In this document: positions 8,014 through 16,422 of the stretch, in pieces
How positions within the stretch are numbered: the first letter of the stretch is position 1
Layout of the letters: each line of letters opens with the position of its first letter
IMG/VR virus record: IMGVR_UViG_3300047457_001216
Coordinates: 1-57,294 of that record
Length of the DNA stretch: 57,294 bases
DNA from: a virus
Taxonomy: Duplodnaviria; Caudoviricetes
Direction: 5' to 3' (one strand)
Program-made: the position numbers and the translations under genes
Notes under the pieces: model-generated
The model's database searches: none
The model's input: the letters and a program-made list of their open reading frames with translations, nothing else
Told to the model about the DNA's origin: nothing

Positions 8014-9679
8014 GGAGCAGGGTGGCGGGTACGTGGACGCCAGCGAGGGGGCGCGTGGCGCTCGCAGGCAGCGTCCTGAGATTTCGCTGATGGGTGCGTT
8101 GGAGCTGCTGGAGCATCAGAAGGCGATGTTCGCGCGTCAGATTCTGGAGGAGTTGGGGACGGGGTGCGGGCTGTCGGGGGATACGGACGACCGGGACATC
8201 CCGGGGAGCGAGGACCCGTTCGAGAACGCGACGATCGACGACATCCGGGACCTGCTGGACCGTGGGGAGCAGGCGGCCGCGACTCCGTGGGGCAAGAATG
8301 CGTGGCGGAACCGGGCGTGTTATATCGCGGGGCCTCAGGGGCACCGGTATGTCGTGAAGCCTGCATCGGAGACGGGATCGTCGGCTGGTGAGTCTGTGGT
8401 GCGGGTGCAGGAGTATTTGAAGCAGTGGATGGCCAGTTCGGCTTCGGGGTACTGGTCGAGCCGGCAGCAGGAAGTTTGCCGGCGGTTGGACGAGCACGGT
8501 GAGTGTCTGGACCTGCTGTATTACGAGCCGGGGAAGCCGTTGCGGCTGAGTTTTGTGGAGCCGAGCGACCTGGACGAGGATCCGAGGAGTCGGTATCAGC
8601 CGGACACGGGTGACGAGCCGTTCGTGGATATTCTGGGGATCCGGCGGACGAACGACGTGCTGTACCGGCCGGTGGCGTACTACGTGTCGACGGTGAGCGA
8701 CTCGGTGAGTGGCCAGTGGCTGGGTGATCTGGAGTACCACAAGGCGGAGAAACTGGAGCCGGCGGATTTCACGGCGTTCAGTCCGGCGACTCGGTGTGTG
8801 GTGCAGTACCGTCGCAGGAACGTGGTGAGCGTTAAGCCGAGGGGTCTGTCGCTGTTCTGGGACGTGCGTGAGGAGCTGCGGTGGGCGAAGGTGCTGCTGG
8901 GCAACCTGATGCGGGTGAGTGCGTTTCAGGCGGCGTTTGGAGCGATCCGGACGATCAACACATCGGCAGGGGCCGATGCGGTGAAGGCGCATTTGCAGAG
9001 CCAGAACAGTGGGGCGGCGGGTCAGCCTGCGGAGCGGATGGAGTTTCCGAGCCCGAGCGTGGTGACGGTGCCATCGAGCGTGAAGTACGAGTTCCCGGAG
9101 ACGGGGGCTGGTGTAACGAACCACGCGGAGGTGGAGTTGCTGTTGCTGCGTGCGGTGGCTGCGGGGCTGCAGTTGCCGGAGTTCATGTTGACCGCGAACG
9201 TCAGCGAGGGGAATTTCGCGAGTACGCTGGTGAGCGAGGGCCCGTTTCACAAGGTGATTGTGGCGGATCAGGGTCAGATGGTGATCGAGGACCTTCGTCT
9301 GGTGTGGGAGGCGTTGGTTTGGGGTGCGTTGGAGGATCCGGAGAGCGGGATTACGGTGGCGGACCTGCAGGCGGTGACGATCGAGGCGAAGCCTCCGAGC
9401 GTGCAGACTCGGAACCGGAAGGAGGACTGGGATATCCACTTTGAGGCGTGGAAGGCCGGCCGGATCAGTGCGAAGACGCTGAATGCGAGTCAGGGGTGGG
9501 AGTACGACGAGGAGCAGGAGCAGCGTCGTGCGGAGGATGGTGAGTTGGAGCCTCCGATGACGGAGCATCCGCAGACACCGGGCGTGACGGGCCCTGATGC
9601 GCAGCGGCAATCAGATCCGTTGAAGGAGCGGGGTGTGATGGCTGGCGACCCGGGGCGACAGGTTCCGGGACAGTCTTGA
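7982..9679 (+). CDS. portal protein
   Basis: 565 aa directly after terL; HGE-x-L, RGLS, A-x-GL-x-LPEFML-x-A...NFAS portal-like motifs. Confidence 0.88.
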   Translation: MGRRRGRREPEEQGGGYVDASEGARGARRQRPEISLMGALELLEHQKAMFARQILEELGTGCGLSGDTDDRDIPGSEDPFENATIDDIRDLLDRGEQAAATPWGKNAWRNRACYIAGPQGHRYVVKPASETGSSAGESVVRVQEYLKQWMASSASGYWSSRQQEVCRRLDEHGECLDLLYYEPGKPLRLSFVEPSDLDEDPRSRYQPDTGDEPFVDILGIRRTNDVLYRPVAYYVSTVSDSVSGQWLGDLEYHKAEKLEPADFTAFSPATRCVVQYRRRNVVSVKPRGLSLFWDVREELRWAKVLLGNLMRVSAFQAAFGAIRTINTSAGADAVKAHLQSQNSGAAGQPAERMEFPSPSVVTVPSSVKYEFPETGAGVTNHAEVELLLLRAVAAGLQLPEFMLTANVSEGNFASTLVSEGPFHKVIVADQGQMVIEDLRLVWEALVWGALEDPESGITVADLQAVTIEAKPPSVQTRNRKEDWDIHFEAWKAGRISAKTLNASQGWEYDEEQEQRRAEDGELEPPMTEHPQTPGVTGPDAQRQSDPLKERGVMAGDPGRQVPGQS

Positions 9680-9749
9680 GAAGATTTTTTGTCGAAAATC
9701 AATGGGCTTTGGTTTTGGCAATCGTGATTGATTAGATTGTGAGGGACAG

Positions 9750-9923
9750 ATGTGCCTGTGTCATAGACGGAGATCAGCGGCTGCTCGTGCGGCTGAGGCT
9801 GCTCGTGCGGCGGCCCAGGCTCAGGAACAGCAGCAGGCTGCGGTGGTGCCTGAGTCTGTTGAGTCGGTGGTTGCGGTATCGGAATCTGAGGTTACTGATG
9901 TCGAAAAGTCAGAAACAGTCTGA
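9750..9923 (+). CDS. hypothetical 57-aa protein MCLCHRRRSAAARAA... (absent from ORF track)
   Basis: GAGGGA RBS; hand-translated; overlaps start of protease gene. Confidence 0.6.
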   Translation: MCLCHRRRSAAARAAEAARAAAQAQEQQQAAVVPESVESVVAVSESEVTDVEKSETV

Positions 9924-10845
9924 GTCGGTGCTGGAGAGCGATGCGTTCGAGCATGATGATTTCGAGCAGGTATCGACTGCGGAAGGCGTGACTGAGAGCA
10001 TTGTGGTCAAAGGCGTGAAGTTGTTGGGGTTGCGGAGCAAGAACCGGCGGAATTACGACACGGACGGTGTGCGGAGGTCGGCGAGCGATAAGTTGGTTGG
10101 TGCTCCGATCTTCATCAATCACCCAGCGGACCCGAGTCAGCCTCGCAGTTACAAGGATCAGTTTGGTGTTGTGGAATCTCATGAGTACCGGCCCGGGAAG
10201 GGGCATTTTGGTACGATCAAGGTGAATCCGCATCACTCTGAGGCGAAGCGATTTCTGTGGGATGTGAAAAACAACCCGCGAGCGATGGGGATGAGCATCA
10301 ACGCTGTGATTCGACCGGGTAAGGCGGATCGGAGCGGCGATGTGGTGGTTGAAGAGTTGCTGGATGTGCGGTCGGTCGACGTGGTGACACGTCCAGGCAC
10401 TGCGAGTGGTATTTTCGAACAAGAGGAGAAGACTGTGTCTGAACTGACTGCTCAGGAAGCTGCGGATCTGCGTAAGGCGTTGGATGAGGCTCAGGCTCAG
10501 GCGAAGGCGGCTGTTGCTGCTCTGGAGCAGGAGCGTGCGATTCGTGAGAAGGCCGAGAAGAAGGCTAAGCTCACGGCGTCTGTTGCCAAGGCTGTCGAGG
10601 GGACTCCGCTGTCTGATCTGCAGGAGCGGATTGTTGAGTGTGCCTGCCAGATGGCGGATCCTGCTGAGTTTGAGAAGCTGGTTGGTGATGTGGGTGCGTT
10701 GTTCGTCGATGACGGCAAGGACATCACGGCTGCCAAGGAGCAGGATGAGGGTGACGCCGGGAAGCGTGCTCCGCAGGTCGGCAATCGTGGGCAGAAGGGC
10801 AATTACGGCGGCCTGCGGTCGACGTTGGGATTGAAGGCTCGCTGA
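9898..10845 (+). CDS. prohead protease/scaffold fusion
   Basis: SKNRRNY, FINHP, GMSIN, SVDVVTRPG motifs; Ala/Glu/Lys-rich helical C-terminal scaffold. Confidence 0.85.
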   Translation: MSKSQKQSESVLESDAFEHDDFEQVSTAEGVTESIVVKGVKLLGLRSKNRRNYDTDGVRRSASDKLVGAPIFINHPADPSQPRSYKDQFGVVESHEYRPGKGHFGTIKVNPHHSEAKRFLWDVKNNPRAMGMSINAVIRPGKADRSGDVVVEELLDVRSVDVVTRPGTASGIFEQEEKTVSELTAQEAADLRKALDEAQAQAKAAVAALEQERAIREKAEKKAKLTASVAKAVEGTPLSDLQERIVECACQMADPAEFEKLVGDVGALFVDDGKDITAAKEQDEGDAGKRAPQVGNRGQKGNYGGLRSTLGLKAR

Positions 10846-10889
10846 GTTTTCGTGCTGGTCGTTTCTGTGTGATTTGATGGAGAGAAGAG

Positions 10890-11417
10890 ATGCCTCAGTG
10901 TTTGGATTGCATGTACCAGCAGGGGAACTTCGGCAACGGCGTGATCGACACGGAGTCGATGGCTGCCCCGTCGCCTGCTGTTGATATTTGCGAGGGTGAT
11001 TTTCTGGTGGCTGACACCAGCGCGACGGGCGTGACGGAAGCGAAGTTGCTGTCTGCATTCACGTGGACAACTGACCTTGCGACCACGCGAACGAATGCGA
11101 AGGCGGCGTTCCGTGGCGTGAGTGCTCAGGAGTACGGGACGGAAGAGTGCATCACGCAGGAAGATTGCCTGCCGTTCTGGCGGTACAACAAAGGCAACGG
11201 CTTCCGTCGGTCGTATCTGATTGCGGGTGCCACTGGTGCTTTGGAGCCGACGACGTTCCAGCAGGGCCAGTTGTTCACGTTCGCGAAGAACCCGAGCAGC
11301 AATGCTCTGGTGAACAGCAAGATCGTGAAGACCAGTGATACTTCTGTTGCGGTGTTCCGTGCGGTAAGTGACAGCGGTCCGGACAACGTGAGCCGGGCGA
11401 CCGTCGAGTTTTACTGA
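10890..11417 (+). CDS. head decoration/cement protein
   Basis: Between protease and MCP; I-x-EGDFL and FRGVS motifs; GGAGA RBS. Confidence 0.7.
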   Translation: MPQCLDCMYQQGNFGNGVIDTESMAAPSPAVDICEGDFLVADTSATGVTEAKLLSAFTWTTDLATTRTNAKAAFRGVSAQEYGTEECITQEDCLPFWRYNKGNGFRRSYLIAGATGALEPTTFQQGQLFTFAKNPSSNALVNSKIVKTSDTSVAVFRAVSDSGPDNVSRATVEFY

Positions 11418-11461
11418 GTTTCTGGTTTGGTCTCTGATTGGATTGTTTTGGGAGAGTGAAG

Positions 11462-12691
11462 ATGTCGAAAAAAGGGCCGAACCGCGCGGTGACTCAGCAG
11501 ATTCTGCGAGACCACAAGAAGCACGGTGATGCGGTGTTCGAGGAGCTGGATGACATTCTGGAGGCTGGCGAGATCCAGGCGACGGAACTGGACCTCGTGT
11601 CGTGCCTTGAGCACGACTTCGGTGTGGGTTACCGTCGCGACGTGATGACGATGGGTGACGACGCGATGGAAGCGATCATCACCAGTGGTACCTTCAACAA
11701 AATGGTGCCGAAGATCATCCGGACGGCGTTGGCGGAGCAGCCGAAGGAACAGTATTTCCTGCTGAACCGAGTGACGATCGAGACCCGTGGCGAGTGCGAG
11801 GACGGGTACGAGGATCACGGAGTGTTCTCGGATCCCCAGGCTGACGAGATCTGCGAGCTGCAGAAGCCTCCGATGTTCGGCGTTGCGACCGACTTCATGA
11901 CGCACCCGAAGGGCAAGCAGTACGGCTTGGGATTTGCGTTCACTCGTGAGGCGGTGTGCCGCGATCCGAACAACTTCATCCAGCAGCAGATCCCGAAGAT
12001 CGGTGATGCTCACAACGAGAAGTTCGAGAACCAGTTGCTCGACCTTTTTGTTGGCTACACCAACACGTACAACCGCAGCGGGACGGATTACGACACCTAC
12101 TATGCTGCCGATGGCACGTCGACTCCGTTCGGCGACGGCAGTGGCGGCCCGTGGGTGAATGCTCAGGCGAACGACCTGACCTGTCCTGCGGATTTTCAGT
12201 CAGCGCGTAACCTGTTCTACGACTTCCGCGACATGGTTCACGGTCGTCCGATCCCTGTTCCGATGACTGGCCTAAGCGTGGTGACGAGCCCGCAGAAAGC
12301 CGATGCTGTGCGTCCGAAGTTGCTGGCGACTGCGATTGAGGACGACGTGACGTGCAACGGTGGCGACACGGTGAAATATATCATGACGGCCCAGGTTGCG
12401 AACCAGATGATGTTCGATCTGCTGTCCTATCAGCGACTGGTCGACCGGATTGCACTGCGGTGGGGCGTGACGGCCGAGGAGGCCCGGAACTGGTGGTGGT
12501 TGGGGAACATCCCCGAGTTCATGTCGTGGGTGTACAACATCCGGCCGACAGTGACTCGGTGCCCGCAGGATGCGGAGTCGTGTCAGCGACGGATTGTGGC
12601 TCAGTACACCAGCCTGTCGAAGGGATACGGGTACATTCGCAACCCGTATCGCGGGATGTGGTTCACACCGGTGGAAGAGAGCGGTAGCTGA
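11462..12691 (+). CDS. major capsid protein
   Basis: 409 aa; position; K-x-YG...FTREAV-x-RD segment typical of HK97-fold MCPs; followed by terminator. Confidence 0.88.
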   Translation: MSKKGPNRAVTQQILRDHKKHGDAVFEELDDILEAGEIQATELDLVSCLEHDFGVGYRRDVMTMGDDAMEAIITSGTFNKMVPKIIRTALAEQPKEQYFLLNRVTIETRGECEDGYEDHGVFSDPQADEICELQKPPMFGVATDFMTHPKGKQYGLGFAFTREAVCRDPNNFIQQQIPKIGDAHNEKFENQLLDLFVGYTNTYNRSGTDYDTYYAADGTSTPFGDGSGGPWVNAQANDLTCPADFQSARNLFYDFRDMVHGRPIPVPMTGLSVVTSPQKADAVRPKLLATAIEDDVTCNGGDTVKYIMTAQVANQMMFDLLSYQRLVDRIALRWGVTAEEARNWWWLGNIPEFMSWVYNIRPTVTRCPQDAESCQRRIVAQYTSLSKGYGYIRNPYRGMWFTPVEESGS

Positions 12692-12724
12692 GATTTGCGA
12701 GAGATCGCAGATTGAGAGAGAATG

Positions 12725-12760
12725 AAACCGTCCGGATTGACCCGGACGGTTTTATTTTTT
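12725..12760 (+). terminator. rho-independent terminator after MCP
   Basis: AAACCGTCCGG...CCGGACGGTTT followed by T-rich tract. Confidence 0.85.
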
Positions 12761-12779
12761 GTGGCTGCTGGAGGATAAT

Positions 12780-13061
12780 ATGGCAGGCAAGAGTTCGATT
12801 TGGGCGATTCGGATGCCGGGTGGTCCAACAAAGATCGTGATGAGTGATGTGGCGATTACTGAGGCGAAGGCGAAGACCGAATACCGTGCGTCGTTGCCGA
12901 AGACGGTGGCATCGACGTCTGACCGGGACAAGAGTGTTGAGTGGCCGCTGGTCGAGGCGATCGACGAGCAGACACTGACGAACAAGTACAGCAATTTTCT
13001 GCATCCGCATTCTTCGACTGGTAGGTCGCAGTTTGTGGTGGATCTGCGTAAGCCGAAGTGA
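12780..13061 (+). CDS. hypothetical protein
   Basis: GGAGG RBS; position after MCP. Confidence 0.75.
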   Translation: MAGKSSIWAIRMPGGPTKIVMSDVAITEAKAKTEYRASLPKTVASTSDRDKSVEWPLVEAIDEQTLTNKYSNFLHPHSSTGRSQFVVDLRKPK

Positions 13062-13068
13062 GGTTGCC

Positions 13069-13383
13069 ATGTCCTGTCTGAGTTGTGCTGAGCTGGAATC
13101 GAAGATCTGTGAGCTGGCAGAGAGTCTCACGAGCGGCGAGGCCTGCGGTGGCATCACCAGTCAGGGCGGCGTGACCGTCGACACCCGTGAGCAGATTATC
13201 CAGAAGCAGCGAGTTCTGGAGACATACCGGCAGATGTGGACGGACAAGCGGTGTGGCGAGCAGAACGATGCGGGGCTGTATGAGTTCATTCATACGGCCT
13301 GTGTCACTCCAGCGACCTGCACAGGGCGGTCCTGTCGTGGTTCGAGGGCCAGTCAGCGGTCGACGCGGAGATACCGGCGATGA
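13069..13383 (+). CDS. putative head-tail adaptor (Cys-rich)
   Basis: Helix-beta hairpin-helix pattern (ITSQGGVTVD) like gpW-type joining proteins; synteny. Confidence 0.55.
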   Translation: MSCLSCAELESKICELAESLTSGEACGGITSQGGVTVDTREQIIQKQRVLETYRQMWTDKRCGEQNDAGLYEFIHTACVTPATCTGRSCRGSRASQRSTRRYRR

Positions 13384-14027
13384 GTGAGGGGTGCTGTCCG
13401 GAGGTGCCGTGCGGTTGCCAGCAGTGGCTGGAGTCGTTCTGCGACTTCGAGACTGTCACGCACACGTACTGCGGCACTGAGACGACGTTCGAGAAGTGCA
13501 AGAGTTACCCGATGCAGACGGAACTGGTGCGTCCGGATGCGGGGATACACCAGCAGGACCGGATGTTTTTCGTGAGCCGGCAGGAGCAGGACGTTGGGAG
13601 TGCTCCGGGGGCTGTGATCGAGACGGCGGACGGGGAGCACTGGCAGGTGTACGCTGCGGAGTACCTGCAGGCGTTCTGTGTGTGGAAGTTGTGGGGGCGG
13701 AACGTGGCGACGTGCTTCAGCCTGACGAACCGTCTGGACATCTGGGATGCGACTGGGTGTGAGTCTGACTGTCAGTCGGTAAAGATGCAGAGGGTTGGGA
13801 CTGTGCGAGGCAAGATCCTGCCTGTTGCTGGTCAGCGGTCTGGGACGCGGAATTCTGACGACATGCGGGTGCGGTGGCAGTGTTCGGTGGAGCGGTGGAC
13901 AGTTGGTCCGTATCCGCTGGCGCATCACAGGATATCGAGCAGTCAGGGGATATTCCGGGTGGTGAGCTTCCAGGACGGCGGCCCGTATGTGCCGTTCACG
14001 ATGGTTCTGGAGCTGATGGATGTTTAG
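13380..14027 (+). CDS. putative head closure/stopper protein (Cys-rich)
   Basis: Synteny; two beta-rich repeats; ATGA overlap. Confidence 0.55.
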   Translation: MSEGCCPEVPCGCQQWLESFCDFETVTHTYCGTETTFEKCKSYPMQTELVRPDAGIHQQDRMFFVSRQEQDVGSAPGAVIETADGEHWQVYAAEYLQAFCVWKLWGRNVATCFSLTNRLDIWDATGCESDCQSVKMQRVGTVRGKILPVAGQRSGTRNSDDMRVRWQCSVERWTVGPYPLAHHRISSSQGIFRVVSFQDGGPYVPFTMVLELMDV

Positions 14028-14637
14028 CCTGCGGCTGGCTGATGCTGATGCGGATTACGAGGCTCCGTTCAGGGAGGCGGCTGGGGATGTCTGCTCCAGC
14101 CTTGCGTTTTCGCTTGCGCAAAAGTATCGCGAGTATTTGCTGAAACCGGACGCTCCTCCGCATAGCACTCCGTTTACGATCCCGCATGCTTACAACGGCT
14201 GGAAACCCGGGGGATTTTATTGGGCAGGAGATGCTGACAGTTTGTCTGATGGCGGCGACCTGAGCGATGAGGCGTGGTTGTTTGGCGATGTGTCTGGCGT
14301 GGCTCCTCGACAGCCACCGCCGATGCTGGAAAGCCACAGGAACAATACTGTTGCCGGCGGCAACATCATGGGCGTGCCGTTTGCCGAGGATCAAACCGTC
14401 AGTTTGGCGAATTACATTGAGTCAGAGTATTCTGGTGACTGGGAGAAGGGCTATTATGTGGGGATGTCTCCGAGTCACGTCTCTGGGCGTGACAACAACT
14501 ATCTGGTTCTGTTGGATCAGGGGTTGATTCCTGGGATTGCTCCGCGACCGTGGATTGAAGTGATTTTTGATTTTGAGCGTCGCGAATTGCTGGCGGCTGC
14601 ATTGCAGCCACAGGATGCTTCGCCTTTTGGAGGCTGA
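14020..14637 (+). CDS. putative neck/tail completion protein (HK97 gp10-like)
   Basis: PHS-x-P...PH and Y...LDQG...IAPRPWI motifs; synteny. Confidence 0.6.
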   Translation: MFSLRLADADADYEAPFREAAGDVCSSLAFSLAQKYREYLLKPDAPPHSTPFTIPHAYNGWKPGGFYWAGDADSLSDGGDLSDEAWLFGDVSGVAPRQPPPMLESHRNNTVAGGNIMGVPFAEDQTVSLANYIESEYSGDWEKGYYVGMSPSHVSGRDNNYLVLLDQGLIPGIAPRPWIEVIFDFERRELLAAALQPQDASPFGG

Positions 14638-14642
14638 CAGGA

Positions 14643-14780
14643 ATGCACCGGTACAAAATCTATGGCGTTGGCAGTGTGATGGAGTTCGACGCGGTGAGCC
14701 CGGAGGTGGCTGAGGCGATGCTGATCGAAGAGATCCCGCAGTTGCGTGTCGAGCAGATGGTGACCCGGAGGGTCCGATGA
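14643..14780 (+). CDS. hypothetical 45-aa protein (absent from ORF track)
   Basis: Hand-translated MHRYKIYGVGSVMEFDAVSPEVAEAML...; fills gap; ATGA overlap. Confidence 0.6.
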   Translation: MHRYKIYGVGSVMEFDAVSPEVAEAMLIEEIPQLRVEQMVTRRVR

Positions 14781-15196
14781 CCTGTTGCGTCGAGGATGCG
14801 TGGGTTGATGCGTTGCGGGCTCTGGACTGCACTCCGGTGAAGTCTGAGGGCCATTTCGTGCTGCAGCGGTCGGGCTCCGAGATCGTGCCGTATGTGGTGG
14901 TCAGCAGTGCGATTTCGAGTGGCCTGCGGACGACGGACACGGTGCAGCGGATCCAGAGTGTGAGCCTGCGCGGGTATTTCAGCGTCGACCGGATTCAGGA
15001 TGCCAGGGAGTGGCAGGGGCTGGTTGAGGCGTTGCTGACGTGCAAGCGGTGCGTGCCTCTTGGAGACTGTGGCTGTTTTTGTGTACGATCCGTCGGTCCA
15101 TCGCAGATGACCCCGGTGGGGACGCTGCTGAGCGTGTTTGTGACTGTCACAGGGAGTTTTATGCCGACCGAGGAGACGTCCGGGTCTGGCACATGA
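14777..15196 (+). CDS. putative tail terminator
   Basis: 139 aa, PYVVV motif, immediately before tail tube gene. Confidence 0.65.
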   Translation: MTCCVEDAWVDALRALDCTPVKSEGHFVLQRSGSEIVPYVVVSSAISSGLRTTDTVQRIQSVSLRGYFSVDRIQDAREWQGLVEALLTCKRCVPLGDCGCFCVRSVGPSQMTPVGTLLSVFVTVTGSFMPTEETSGSGT

Positions 15197-15208
15197 GGAG
15201 ATATTGAG

Positions 15209-15736
15209 ATGCCGTTTTCTGCTGGTGAGTTGTGCTGCTCGAATACTGCGTGCGTGTTGCTGGACACTGCCAGCGGGACTGGTGCGGTATGGGATCGTAT
15301 CCCGCATGTGACACAGATTGCGTTTACTGAATCCGCAAACACCCCGAAGCTGACGACCAGTTCGACTGGCGGCCGTGAGACGAGTGCCTGTGGTGTTGTC
15401 AGTGCAAGTGGTAACCTTGCGATTGCCTGCCACGGGGGGACAGCTCCAGGGTATTTGGCCGTGAACGCGATCTATCATCTGCGATGGTCTGCTGACTGTG
15501 ACAATATCTGGACGTCTGGCAACTGCCCGACTTCTGGCTCTGTTGTCGCATCTCCAACTTCTGGCACGTACTTTGAGGCCTACGTTCGCATCACGTCTGT
15601 GCCTGTTGACTACAACATTTCTGGCAATGCTGCGATCACCGTCAACTATGCGTTCGACATCGTTGCGTGGGTCGAAGGTGTCAGCGACAATGCTCAGGTC
15701 TCTGAAGCGTCTGTTGCGACCGGCTTCTTCTGCTGA
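15209..15736 (+). CDS. major tail (tube) protein
   Basis: GAGGAG RBS; beta-rich; T-x-SS-x-GG...SGNL...ITSV-x-VDY pattern; precedes chaperone and tape measure. Confidence 0.75.
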   Translation: MPFSAGELCCSNTACVLLDTASGTGAVWDRIPHVTQIAFTESANTPKLTTSSTGGRETSACGVVSASGNLAIACHGGTAPGYLAVNAIYHLRWSADCDNIWTSGNCPTSGSVVASPTSGTYFEAYVRITSVPVDYNISGNAAITVNYAFDIVAWVEGVSDNAQVSEASVATGFFC

Positions 15737-15751
15737 TAGTGGAGGTGTGGC

Positions 15752-16258
15752 ATGCAGAGAGTTCGAGTGGGCGACCTCGAACTTTCCATCAGTCCTCGCA
15801 GGTTGATCAACTACATCGAAAAGGTGCAGTTTATCAAGAGTCGGCGACCGGCTCCGTGGGATCTGATGAAAGGGGTTCCGAAGACTCTTTCGGTGGCGGA
15901 CTACACGGCATACGTGGAGACGGCGATGAAAACCGTCTACACGCATGCCAGTGCCGTCGGCATTCAGGAAGAGATGGATTTCGACACATCTGCGGAGGGG
16001 TTTTACTGGTCCTTGTGGAAGTGCATGGTTCCGGACCGGCCTTCGGTTCGTGCCAGAGTGTCGATGGCTGACGCTGGTTCTTCGCAGGAGCCGTGGGAAG
16101 CTGGCGTCCTGAGAGCGAAGGCGTTGTGGGAGGCAGCGAATGACGACGAGAAGCGTCAGATTCGCATGGCGATGGATGCCTCTGACCAGATGCGGCAAGT
16201 AAAAAACTCCGATGGCCCGCCCGAGACGAGCAGTCCGGAGCCGGGCCTAAAGGAGTGA
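15752..16258 (+). CDS. tail assembly chaperone (gpG-like)
   Basis: Between tail tube and tape measure; slippery A AAA AAC at 16201-16207. Confidence 0.8.
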   Translation: MQRVRVGDLELSISPRRLINYIEKVQFIKSRRPAPWDLMKGVPKTLSVADYTAYVETAMKTVYTHASAVGIQEEMDFDTSAEGFYWSLWKCMVPDRPSVRARVSMADAGSSQEPWEAGVLRAKALWEAANDDEKRQIRMAMDASDQMRQVKNSDGPPETSSPEPGLKE

Positions 16259-16422
16259 AGATGGAGATCCTGCCTGCGGACCCGGGTTTTCTGGTTCCTC
16301 GGTGCAGGTATCAACATTTGGCGGAGGCTCTGTGTCGTGAGCTGCACATTTCGCTAGACTCTGCGCTGCAGTACACCCCCTTTGAGGCGTATCAGGCACT
16401 GGGAGCAGAGATCTATGTCTGA
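16201..16422 (+). CDS. -1 frameshift extension of tail chaperone (gpGT-like)
   Basis: -1 frame open from slippery site to TGA 16420-16422 (...LAEALCRELHISLDSALQYTPFEAYQALGAEIYV). Confidence 0.75.
   Translation, partial: KKLRWPARDEQSGAGPKGVKMEILPADPGFLVPRCRYQHLAEALCRELHISLDSALQYTPFEAYQALGAEIYV

Noticed and set aside
6650-9610. 986-aa minus-strand ORF
   Set aside because: Antisense shadow of terL and portal caused by codon bias; Arg/His/Leu-rich with no motifs
14660-16198. 512-aa minus-strand ORF and similar long antisense ORFs (9892-11058, 23362-24216, 33678-34679, 55496-56608)
   Set aside because: Opposite well-supported genes; no RBS or domain motifs
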